64,000 nt of DNA from assembly GCA_963708075.1 (NCBI GenBank), contig OY970194.1:701862-765861 (forward strand). The letters run 5' to 3'. The notes under the pieces were generated by a model. It did no database searches and had not been told where the DNA came from. It saw only the letters and a program-made list of their open reading frames with translations. Positions within the stretch are counted from its first letter, which is position 1. Each line of letters opens with the position of its first letter. This stretch comes from Sedimentisphaerales bacterium (GTDB lineage: Bacteria; Planctomycetota; Phycisphaerae; Sedimentisphaerales; Anaerobacaceae). The position numbers and the translations under genes are program-made. Shown here one piece after another: positions 18,638-27,323 of the stretch.

Positions 18638-19150
18638 TCAGAACTGCCAGGTCTCGAAACTGGCGATCTGCTCAATGGGTTCGCGCCTGGGCTGCCTGGG
18701 CGTGTCCGCGGGGTAACCTAGCGCCAGCAATTCAACGATCATCACATCCTCGGGGATGCCGACGATCTGCTTGATCTTGTCCGGGTAAAATGAGCCGATC
18801 CAGCAGGTCGCCAGCCCTAACTCCGTGGCCTGCAAGCACATATGTTCGAGCGCGATGGCCACGTCGATAGGCCCGACGGCTTGGCCGCAGCGCATCACGT
18901 GGTCGCTGACTGTGCACGCCACGACAATCGCGCCGGCAGTCTCCAGGAATGTCTGATTGTTTGCAGCCGCGGCCAGCTTCTTCTTCGTCTGCCCATCCGT
19001 GACGACCACGAAACGCCAATCCTGCAGATTCTTGGCGGACGGGGCGAGCCTTGCCGCTTCGAGGACTGCACGCAACTTGTCCTGTTCCAACGGCTTGCTG
19101 CTGTAGTTTCGGCACGAGTATCGGCTGCGAATGGCCTGTGCAACGTCCAT
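18638..19150 (-). CDS. Nitroreductase family protein
   Basis: MDVAQAIRSRYSCRNY...LEAARLAPSAKNLQDWRFVVV...ATCWIG, the typical nitroreductase fold signature. Confidence 0.8.
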   Translation of the reverse strand: MDVAQAIRSRYSCRNYSSKPLEQDKLRAVLEAARLAPSAKNLQDWRFVVVTDGQTKKKLAAAANNQTFLETAGAIVVACTVSDHVMRCGQAVGPIDVAIALEHMCLQATELGLATCWIGSFYPDKIKQIVGIPEDVMIVELLALGYPADTPRQPRREPIEQIASFETWQF

Positions 19151-19251
19151 GGTCTCACCCCTCAAAATACATCGCCGCAGCATCTCATCTGGTTGCGGCC
19201 GCTACAAATATAAGGACTACAACATATCGACGCAAGAGGCCTTTGCAGTTA

Positions 19252-20274
19252 TCACGGTTGAATCCAGATGCCTTGGAAATGCTTCTCTTGGGGTACGGCA
19301 CCGCCATCATCGGGATGGCCGGTCAGAAGCAGCAGCCTGCGTGAATTCTCGAAGGGAACAAGCGTTATGTCAATCGGCCCGTTGTCCATGAAGCTGGGTC
19401 GGCAGACCTGCTCCGGGGGATTGGCTTTCATGCCGGACCAACGATATAGAATGCAGGGACCGGCATTATCGTGTGGCTGTGCCGTAATGAAATACATCCC
19501 GTGAATAGGCGAGTACTCGAGGCCGGTGATTCCCAATCCGTCGAAATCCCAGAGCATCGCCTCGCCGAAGATTGGCTCAGCGCCCTTGTCCACCACGTCG
19601 GCGGCATTGTTCAGCGGCATCATGAGGGCGTGGGGCCTGCCCGTCATGACCCGCACCGGACGAGGATTGCGGAAACCGATGAAGAGAATATCCGTGTGCG
19701 GATCGGCACAGAGGGCCCCGATGTTGAGACCCTCTTTCGTCGGGGCCAGTCTCTGCCGCTGCTTCTCGGACAGTTCCTCCCGAAGTCGCATGGCTTTGTC
19801 CAGTCTCAGGGTGCTGACAGTGTTGAGGCCCGGCAGTTTATCCAACAACGTCGTGCAGGGCTTGCCGACGGGCTCTATAACGAACTTGCCATTCTCTTCC
19901 TTTATTGCCGTAGCGAAGAAACGATACTTGCCGTGTCTGATCTGCCCATGTTCGTCCCGGCTGTGGGAGGCAATCCAATAAACGCGGTCTGCGAACCTGG
20001 CAGCCCCCTGGACGTCTGCTGGCTCGCCGTTGAGGCCGAGGAATGCGGAGATATCGAAGCGTGCGATAGGGGCGGGGGAATCCGTGAGCCGGTAGACTCT
20101 CAGTATGTTATCCTGGCTGCTGGCGGCGATGAACGCATCTTCCGTCAGGGCTACCGCCGCTGAGACACGGTTCATTCCTTCATAGTTGTGCTTTTGCGGA
20201 ACGGCATCCGCAGCAAAGCAGGCGACAGACCACAGGGTGGTGAGACACACTGCGATCATAACTATTGGCTTCAT
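19252..20274 (-). CDS. Secreted hypothetical protein (DUF3616-like)
   Basis: Signal peptide MKPIVMIAVCLTTLWSVACFA. The family assignment is from memory of the motif pattern and is weak. Confidence 0.45.
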   Translation of the reverse strand: MKPIVMIAVCLTTLWSVACFAADAVPQKHNYEGMNRVSAAVALTEDAFIAASSQDNILRVYRLTDSPAPIARFDISAFLGLNGEPADVQGAARFADRVYWIASHSRDEHGQIRHGKYRFFATAIKEENGKFVIEPVGKPCTTLLDKLPGLNTVSTLRLDKAMRLREELSEKQRQRLAPTKEGLNIGALCADPHTDILFIGFRNPRPVRVMTGRPHALMMPLNNAADVVDKGAEPIFGEAMLWDFDGLGITGLEYSPIHGMYFITAQPHDNAGPCILYRWSGMKANPPEQVCRPSFMDNGPIDITLVPFENSRRLLLLTGHPDDGGAVPQEKHFQGIWIQP

Positions 20275-20309
20275 TCCTGTCTCCGTGGGCCCTGCGATGC
20301 TTGCGATCG

Positions 20310-22169
20310 TCACCTGGTGAGCACGAATTCTGTAAGGTCGGCGATTTGCTCCTCGGTCAGTCCCGAGGTCTTGCCGTGCTTATTATCCGGGTTGCACACT
20401 GCCAACACGTCCCGGATTGTGGCCGCCCGTCCGTCGTGCAGGTATGGCGCTGTTCGCCAAACCTCGATAAGCGTCGGGGTATCAAACGCCTCGGTGGTCT
20501 CGGAGCCTGATCCGGTGCCCACGCTATATAGCTTCCCGTTCGTGTAGAGCGGCCCATTGTGGCAGGAGGCGCAGCCGGCCTCTTGAAAGACCTGCTGGCC
20601 TCGCAAGGCCGCCGGTCCCGGCTTTCCATCGACCCAATGCGGGCTTGGAATCGGTTGGAGCGATTCGAGGTACCGATCGATGGCGACGGCGTCACTTTCC
20701 GGCCGCACGGCAAACTGGATGTATCGGATGCCGGCGCGTACGGCAACTTCGGCATTCTCGCGGACGCCCAGACTCATCGAGGGGGGCGTGCGATGCGCCA
20801 GGAGAAGGCTCTTGGTATTCTTGGGATTGCCGATGCCGTCATTGAGCAGGTCCCAGTTCAGAACATCCGCCCGCCCGGAGCCCGGATGGCAGCTTGCGCA
20901 GCTCTGCCACTGCTGGAAGCACAAATCGGCATCGTGGAAGAGCATCTCGCCTCGACGCACCTCGCTGAGGGGCACTGTCGGCTGCAAAGGCACCGACCTT
21001 GCCTTTGCCGGGACTGCCGCCGCCAGATCGACCACCCCCAGGCTATCCGTGAAGTACTCCGCGGCGAACGCCTTCGTTCCAACCACGGCCAGTCCACGCG
21101 GCCCCTTTCCCAATAGCGGCACCCGCTGTTTCAGGCCGACCAGAAAGGAAAGGTCGTTGGGCACATCATCGGGTGTCCTCGCCACCGGCGTGATCTGCTC
21201 GCCCGCGGCCACTTTCGATAATCTGGTGTGGAGTCCCTCCCGGTCGATCAGGCATAGCTCATGTGTGCCGGATAGTGTAATAACCAGATGTTTGCCGTTT
21301 ACGGTGCACGTAACACCCCAGGGATTGGCGGCGCCAAGGTCCACGTCATCGAGAAGGACTGTGTTGAGCCATTTCCTATTCTTCACGTCGATCACACTCA
21401 GGGCGTTTGTGTTGATCCAGCCCCGTTCGACCTGCGTTGTAGGAAGATGGTGGCGCCCGAGGACATGTGTTGTGTACGCGTACGCTCCGTCAGGAGACAG
21501 GCACAGGCCCTGCAAGCCGGTCGAGCCATTGGGCAACTCGATGGTGGCTATGGCCTTTCTCGTCTGCATGTCGAGCAGGGAAATTGTCGCAGCGATGCGC
21601 TCCCCGTCCGATCTGCCCGCGGGCAGATGATTGGCGACCACGAGCGTGGAGCCATCCGGCGTGAGTGCCGCCGCGACCGGCTCCCGTTGTACCGGGATTC
21701 GCTCCAGCATCTTGCCGGAGAGAGCATCGACAACGGAGACATCGTTGGTGAAGCGATTACAGACGTAGAGCGTCTTCCCATCAGGGCTCAGCACGGGGGA
21801 ATTGGGCGTGTGCCCGGCTTTGGCGAGCAGCTTCGCTTGCCGCGTGGCCATATCCAGGGCGTACACTTCACCGGCGGGTGAGGCCGCTGTGACGTAAAGC
21901 TGCGAGGCATCCGGCGACAGTGCCATTCCACTCGGCAGGCAGGGCAGTGTGATTTCACCGAGGGGCTTCTCCGCGTTAGGATCGAAAATGATCAGCTTCT
22001 TGGACGTGGCGGTTGCCACGTACAGAGTGTTCCCTTTCCCGCCCACGAGGACGTGCGGCGAAAGATATTCTCCTGCCGGCTCCTCACCCGCCCACAGCAA
22101 GCAGGAGAGAAAGCACAGTCCCACAATACCCGCAATCGCGAACTTCATACAACAATCCTTATGCTTCAT
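20310..22169 (-). CDS. YncE/YVTN-type beta-propeller fused to a di-heme cytochrome c peroxidase (CCP/MauG-like) domain
   Basis: Signal peptide; repeated ...SPDG..LYV... blades; two CxxCH motifs (CASCHPG, CASCHNG). ATGA overlap with the upstream gene stop. Confidence 0.75.
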   Translation of the reverse strand: MKHKDCCMKFAIAGIVGLCFLSCLLWAGEEPAGEYLSPHVLVGGKGNTLYVATATSKKLIIFDPNAEKPLGEITLPCLPSGMALSPDASQLYVTAASPAGEVYALDMATRQAKLLAKAGHTPNSPVLSPDGKTLYVCNRFTNDVSVVDALSGKMLERIPVQREPVAAALTPDGSTLVVANHLPAGRSDGERIAATISLLDMQTRKAIATIELPNGSTGLQGLCLSPDGAYAYTTHVLGRHHLPTTQVERGWINTNALSVIDVKNRKWLNTVLLDDVDLGAANPWGVTCTVNGKHLVITLSGTHELCLIDREGLHTRLSKVAAGEQITPVARTPDDVPNDLSFLVGLKQRVPLLGKGPRGLAVVGTKAFAAEYFTDSLGVVDLAAAVPAKARSVPLQPTVPLSEVRRGEMLFHDADLCFQQWQSCASCHPGSGRADVLNWDLLNDGIGNPKNTKSLLLAHRTPPSMSLGVRENAEVAVRAGIRYIQFAVRPESDAVAIDRYLESLQPIPSPHWVDGKPGPAALRGQQVFQEAGCASCHNGPLYTNGKLYSVGTGSGSETTEAFDTPTLIEVWRTAPYLHDGRAATIRDVLAVCNPDNKHGKTSGLTEEQIADLTEFVLTR

Positions 22170-25100
22170 GGTTCCGAGCCCGGTTGATTCTGCGTATTTG
22201 CGTTCAGGATTCGCTCCTGCGGTCTTTCCGCGGCGAATCGTGGAGAATCATCCGCCTCGATGATAATGCGGAAACCCACATTGTACACCTTCTGCCAAGC
22301 CGGGTAGCTCAGTCGAAATGCCGACCGGCATCGCTTGGGACGGTCATACCAGGAGCCGCCGCGGACGATTTTGTGGCTGCTCTCATCCATCTCATTTCTC
22401 CCATCGTTGGCCCGGTACGGATAGGCGGCATACGCGGATCGCGTCCATTCCCAGGCGTTGCCGTGCATGTCATGCAGGCCCCATGCATTCGGGCGGTAGC
22501 TGCCCACCTGGGTCGTCACCAGCTCGCCGTCGTCGAATCGATCATCACGCGGGACAATATCCGGTGGAAGCTGGTCGCGGGCGTCATACGCCATGTCTCG
22601 CATCGTCACGTCAGCCATGTTCGCATATTCAGAGAAGTCCGTATTCAGGTCTCCATAGGACAGGTCGCTGTCCGCGCCGGCACGGCAGGCCCATTCCCAC
22701 TGGGCCTCCGTCGGCAGGGTGACTTGCTCACCTGTTTGCCTGGACAGCCAGCGGCAGAACGTCACGGCCTCCTTCCAGGACACGCGCACGACAGGCTGCC
22801 TGGGCTGATTCAGCGGCCAGCCGAGGTCCCACTCATTGAACATCCAGCTTCCCTTGTCCTGGAACCGGCTGTCGTGGCTCCGATCGAACTGCGAGAACTG
22901 CTCGTTGGTGATCTCAAACTGGCTCATCCAGAAGGGTTTGTCGATCCTGACGCGCGCCGCCGGTCTCTCGTCGCGCTCGCCGCGAGGATCGCCCATCACG
23001 AACTCGCCCGCGGGAACGTAGACAAGCTTCAGTTCCATGCCTTCGCCCAGCTTGATCGCGCGATGAATCTCCCCAAGCTTGGCCTGGCGGCTCTTGGCTT
23101 CATCTGCCCCAAAGGGCCAGCCGGGGACTTCGATGCGTTCGCCGGACGCTTTGGGCTCAGGTTCCGGGCGAACGGGCTCTATCGGCTGCTGGTGCATGGC
23201 CGGGTAGACTTCCGGGTCCTCCGCATCACCGCCGTAGATGCGCCGCAGCTCGATGCGCCGCCTGTGATCGCTCTGCATTTTCTCCTGGCCGACGACTTCT
23301 CGCCACGTGCCGTGACACGGCGCGTTGAGATCGATCCAGATGCAGATTCGTTCCCAGGCCTCTCTGTCGAGCCGGACGCCGTAATGGCCCTTCTTGAGCA
23401 TTTGGACGAGCTCGCTCGTGTCGGCGTGGAACTCGCCCGGCGCCAGCAGGCGAAGATCGCTCTCCAGACCTCCGACCCTCACCAGACGGCGAAGGGCGAT
23501 ATAGGAGGGAGAAAAAACCCCGCCGTACTGCTTGACCAACTGCTCGCGGGGGACATCGGAGATGATCCTGGCCCGAGGGTCACCATTCTTGTAGGCGATG
23601 AATCGACCCTGATCGCGGCGCAGGTCGGGCTCTGCTTCGCCGTCTCCTCTCGTCCCGTTGTGACAAGAGACACAGTATTTGTCGAGGACGGGCTGCACCT
23701 CGCGCTCGAAGCTGAACCCGCGGACCGGCCCGCGCCAGAGCTCGATTTCCACCGGTTTCTGCCGGCTGGCGATGGTCCTGCGGTTCGGAGGACCGGAATT
23801 CTGCTGCTCGTGGCAACCGACGCACGAGACAACCTCACCGGGCATAGCCGTAGTCCAGCTTCGCATAAGCTGCAGCGCGCGTCCCTGCTCGTCGAGCGGT
23901 TGAATGGAGATGGGTGTATTCGCCGGCACGCGAAAGAACGCCGACCCATCCGCCTCGACTGGAACGGTCCCGAGGACGCGCTTGGGCTCCCACGGGCCGT
24001 CTGTTCCGACGCGATGGTTGATCCCTGCGACTCCATGGTATGAGAATTGATACGTAAACAGGCGGAGTTGTTTGACCGCTCCTTGCGGGACTCCTTCCAG
24101 TCCAGGGCCGGCATAGATGTTCTCCATGTAGATCAATGCGTCTTTGCGGTCCAGGTCGACGCGGTCTGCAATCACCGGCGGTCTTGCGGTCCTGCGCAGT
24201 GGAATCGGTTCGAGCAGGGCATATCCTTCGATCTCCTTGATGAGCGTGATGTTGTCGAAGATGTCCGCCAGGTAGATGCCCCACAGGTCGTCCGGCCGGG
24301 GTTTGCAGGAGACGAGGAAGTACTTGTCGCTCAGCGGCCAGGGATGGAGGAACTTGGGCCAGCTATCGAGGGTCAGCTTATCCTCGATGATCGGCTCGAC
24401 TTTACGGCCGCGACCGGGGATGCGCTGCACGACTCCATCGGTGGACACCCGACCCAGTGCGGGGTCGAAGAGGGTCAACTCGCCGACCCGCCCGACGTGA
24501 TGGCCGGTGACGATCCCGACGACCTCCGTCGGATGGTTCGGTATCGGCCGGGTGTAGAAGATCGAGTTCGGCCAGTAGCCGCCGCTGCCGTAGAACTCCC
24601 GCTGGCCTGTGCCGTCCGGGTTCATGGTGAACAGGAATCTCGCCCACACGTGCGGGATATCGGTGTACTCCCAACGCAGGTAGAGGATGCGTCCATCGTT
24701 CATGACGGTGGGGCAGAAGTTGTGGTCCTGCTCGAAACAGATCTGCCGAACGTTCTTACCGTCCGCGTCCATGATATAGCTCATGCCCACGTTCACACCG
24801 GTATTGCATGGGACGCCCTGGAAGGGCGCCGTGGAGATGAAGGCGATCCTTCCGTTGGGCAGATAGCACGAGTCGAAGTTGTGGACGTCGGGCTGGTCGG
24901 TGGGCGAAATCTGACGCAGCTTCCCCGTGGCGACATCGATCTCGAAGATCTGCCAGAGGTTGCGGCCATCCGGCATGGAGAACATCAGTTTGCCGGCGTC
25001 GAAATGCAGGTCCATCTCGCTGACCAGCCGTCCCTGTGGCGGCCTGTAGAGCGTTGGCAACTCGCCCTCTGGCCGGACCGGCGAAAGGACCGCGATCTCA

Positions 25101-25612
25101 TTGTCCCAACCATCCGTGTTCGTCATCGTGTGAAGCTGCCACGAGCTTTGCTGAGGCAGCCCGAGGAATTGGCCCAGGCTCTTGTCGTTCTCTTCATCCC
25201 CCTTGGCCCGCCGGGGATCGGAGAGCGGCTTCCGCTTGAGCAGCAGCAGGCGGTCGAAATCGAGCAGGGGATTCGACAGCAGGGCCTTTCGCTCCAAGGC
25301 AACGATCTGCCGGACCTGCTCGATGGCGGCTGCGTCACGGCGGCGAAGACCCTCACGGAGCTCAGGCAGCCGCCGCTCGAAATCCTGGGCCGCACGCAGG
25401 TATTCACCGCCTTGTGAGTAGTGATTCGGGAAGCTCTGCGTGAGATCCTGAATGGCCATCTTCAATGCGGGGAAGTTGACCCGTTCCAAGTCGCCTTGCG
25501 CCTTGATGAATGGGTCCGTCCCCGTGTCGCCGCGCACGGACGCGCCCAGGCACAATGCAGCCAGCATGACGCCCACTGGCACTGCGTCTCTCAGCGTTAA
25601 GGATCGCGACAT
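22166..25612 (-). CDS. 1148-aa secreted protein: beta-propeller (TolB/PD40-like) region, two CxxCH heme-binding motifs and a C-terminal FGE/SUMF1-EgtB family domain
   Basis: Start taken at MSRSLTLRDAVPVGVMLAALCLGASVRG. Heme motifs CVGCHEQ and CVSCHNG. The C-terminal ...WGLHDMHGNAWEWT...RGGSWYD... is the FGE-sulfatase signature. Confidence 0.7.
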   Translation of the reverse strand: MSRSLTLRDAVPVGVMLAALCLGASVRGDTGTDPFIKAQGDLERVNFPALKMAIQDLTQSFPNHYSQGGEYLRAAQDFERRLPELREGLRRRDAAAIEQVRQIVALERKALLSNPLLDFDRLLLLKRKPLSDPRRAKGDEENDKSLGQFLGLPQQSSWQLHTMTNTDGWDNEIAVLSPVRPEGELPTLYRPPQGRLVSEMDLHFDAGKLMFSMPDGRNLWQIFEIDVATGKLRQISPTDQPDVHNFDSCYLPNGRIAFISTAPFQGVPCNTGVNVGMSYIMDADGKNVRQICFEQDHNFCPTVMNDGRILYLRWEYTDIPHVWARFLFTMNPDGTGQREFYGSGGYWPNSIFYTRPIPNHPTEVVGIVTGHHVGRVGELTLFDPALGRVSTDGVVQRIPGRGRKVEPIIEDKLTLDSWPKFLHPWPLSDKYFLVSCKPRPDDLWGIYLADIFDNITLIKEIEGYALLEPIPLRRTARPPVIADRVDLDRKDALIYMENIYAGPGLEGVPQGAVKQLRLFTYQFSYHGVAGINHRVGTDGPWEPKRVLGTVPVEADGSAFFRVPANTPISIQPLDEQGRALQLMRSWTTAMPGEVVSCVGCHEQQNSGPPNRRTIASRQKPVEIELWRGPVRGFSFEREVQPVLDKYCVSCHNGTRGDGEAEPDLRRDQGRFIAYKNGDPRARIISDVPREQLVKQYGGVFSPSYIALRRLVRVGGLESDLRLLAPGEFHADTSELVQMLKKGHYGVRLDREAWERICIWIDLNAPCHGTWREVVGQEKMQSDHRRRIELRRIYGGDAEDPEVYPAMHQQPIEPVRPEPEPKASGERIEVPGWPFGADEAKSRQAKLGEIHRAIKLGEGMELKLVYVPAGEFVMGDPRGERDERPAARVRIDKPFWMSQFEITNEQFSQFDRSHDSRFQDKGSWMFNEWDLGWPLNQPRQPVVRVSWKEAVTFCRWLSRQTGEQVTLPTEAQWEWACRAGADSDLSYGDLNTDFSEYANMADVTMRDMAYDARDQLPPDIVPRDDRFDDGELVTTQVGSYRPNAWGLHDMHGNAWEWTRSAYAAYPYRANDGRNEMDESSHKIVRGGSWYDRPKRCRSAFRLSYPAWQKVYNVGFRIIIEADDSPRFAAERPQERILNANTQNQPGSEP

Positions 25613-25885
25613 GTCAGCTATCACCTCCCGAAAGGATCTGGTTGATACCTGTCGAAGCTTGCGTCCGAACGCAAGGAAGTCCGCAGCCCATTGTGAGAAT
25701 GCGGCAATATACGCAGACAGTCTACACGTATCCGGATTATAGCTGATTGCGGGAAGTATGCAAAGGGGCCTGCTTAGTAGCCATGTCAATAGCCGGTTTT
25801 CTGACGGGAAATTGAAGCGGTGTGTGGTAAGATACTGTGATTCCAGATGACAGGATTGTGAAGGTTTCGTTGATGGAGGTCGAGA

Positions 25886-26734
25886 ATGTCGGACCGAAGC
25901 ATGCCCACAGGCAGGATCGGCAATGTCACGATCAGCCGGCTGATCATCGGAGGAAATCAATTCAGCGGCTGGTCACACAGCCGAGACCTGAAGTATCTGC
26001 GGGAGCTGTTCAAAGCCTACGCCACGGAAGCGAAGATCATGGATACCCTCCAGTTGGCGGAGGAGAACGGGATAAACACGATCATCACATCCTCCTCAGG
26101 CTACCTGAGCAAGTACTGGAAAGAGCGGGGCGGGCGGATTCAGTGGATTGCCCAGGTTCATCCAAAGACGGACGACGTGACGAGCGATATCAAGAGGGCC
26201 ATCGATGGCGGAGCCGTAGGCGCCTACGTGCAGGGTGGCGTGGGGGACAGCTTCGTCAAGGGCGGCCGCGTGGACCTTCTTGGCAAGGCGGTCGAGTTCA
26301 TCAAAGAAAATCACCTGATCGCCGGGATCGGTGGGCACTCCATCGAAGTCCCGATAGCCGTTGAGAAGGCCTCGATCCGGCCTGATTTCTACATGAAGAC
26401 CTTACACCACGACAACTACTGGTCCGCGACACCCAAAGAGGAAAGGGTCGAATTCAACGTGGATAGCAACGGGCCCAACGATCATGACAATATCTGGTCC
26501 GTCACACCGGAGAAGACCATTGAGTTCATGAAGGGTGTGCCCAAGTCGTGGATTGCCTTTAAGGTTTTGGCGGCGGGGGCGATTCATCCCAGGGACGGAT
26601 TCAAATATGCCTTCGCCAATGGAGCAGATTTCATCTGCGTAGGCATGTTCGATTTCCAGGTCCGCGAGAATACCATCATTGTCAGGGACGCAATTGCCGG
26701 CGCCCAGAGCAGGCCGCGTCCTTGGCGAGCATAG
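25886..26734 (+). CDS. Hypothetical protein (282 aa), no family recognised
   Basis: GGAGG RBS then ATG. Clean ORF with coding-like composition. Confidence 0.5.
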   Translation: MSDRSMPTGRIGNVTISRLIIGGNQFSGWSHSRDLKYLRELFKAYATEAKIMDTLQLAEENGINTIITSSSGYLSKYWKERGGRIQWIAQVHPKTDDVTSDIKRAIDGGAVGAYVQGGVGDSFVKGGRVDLLGKAVEFIKENHLIAGIGGHSIEVPIAVEKASIRPDFYMKTLHHDNYWSATPKEERVEFNVDSNGPNDHDNIWSVTPEKTIEFMKGVPKSWIAFKVLAAGAIHPRDGFKYAFANGADFICVGMFDFQVRENTIIVRDAIAGAQSRPRPWRA

Positions 26735-26750
26735 TGACGGAGCAACTAAA

Positions 26751-26789
26751 GACGGGCCCACATTCCGGATCGTCCGGTGTGGGCCCGTC
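26751..26789. terminator. Bidirectional terminator-like hairpin (12-bp perfect stem gacgggcccaca/tgtgggcccgtc)
   Basis: Read directly. Lies between convergent genes ending at 26734 and 26814. Confidence 0.5.
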
Positions 26790-26813
26790 CAGATGATCTA
26801 TGCTCCGGGTGGC

Positions 26814-27137
26814 TTAGACCATGTCTTTCAGGCTCTTCATGGCGCGAATCTTCACGACATTCCGCGCCGGCTTGGCCTTGAACATGGTTTTTTCGCCGGT
26901 GAAGGGATTGATGCCCTCGCGGGCTTTGGTCGCAGGTTTGCGAATCACCAGCAGCTTCATCAAGCCCGGGACCGTGTACGAGCCGGGACCGTTGCGGCCG
27001 AGGCCCTTTTTGATCTGGCCCGCCATCGCCTCAAACACAGAGGCCACTTGTTTCTTCGTCAATCCGGTCGCATCGGCGATACCGGAAACGATCTCGCTCT
27101 TGGTCATTGGTTTTGTGCCTGGCTTCTCTTTTGCCAT
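26814..27137 (-). CDS. HU/IHF family DNA-binding protein
   Basis: MTKSEIVSGIADATGLTKKQV...GINPFTGEKTMFKAKPARNVVKIRAMKSLKD. AGGAGG RBS. Confidence 0.85.
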   Translation of the reverse strand: MAKEKPGTKPMTKSEIVSGIADATGLTKKQVASVFEAMAGQIKKGLGRNGPGSYTVPGLMKLLVIRKPATKAREGINPFTGEKTMFKAKPARNVVKIRAMKSLKDMV

Positions 27138-27227
27138 AACTCATGGCCTCCTTACACTAAGTAGAACACGAAAACTATCCCGATACACGTCACGGACTCC
27201 ACTGACTCACTGCGGGAATCCTCATCA

Positions 27228-27256
27228 TGCATATGCGCTTTTGCCGCGTCTGTCAA
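27228..27256 (-). promoter_or_regulatory. Sigma-70-like promoter for the HU gene (TTGACA, 17-nt spacer, TATGCA)
   Basis: Hexamers read on the minus strand, about 90 nt upstream of the ATG at 27137. Confidence 0.4.
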
Positions 27257-27323
27257 GCAAGAATATGCTGCGAAATATACGATTTTCTCGGGAATTTTAA
27301 CTAATGTGACCTCAGGGGGCGGC

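Noticed and set aside
22013-25417. Two long plus-strand ORFs (22013..24043 and 24047..25417) opposite the FGE/heme giant gene
   Set aside because: Low-complexity Arg/Pro/Gly/Ala-rich translations with no recognisable motifs or RBS. The minus-strand frame carries CxxCH and FGE signatures.
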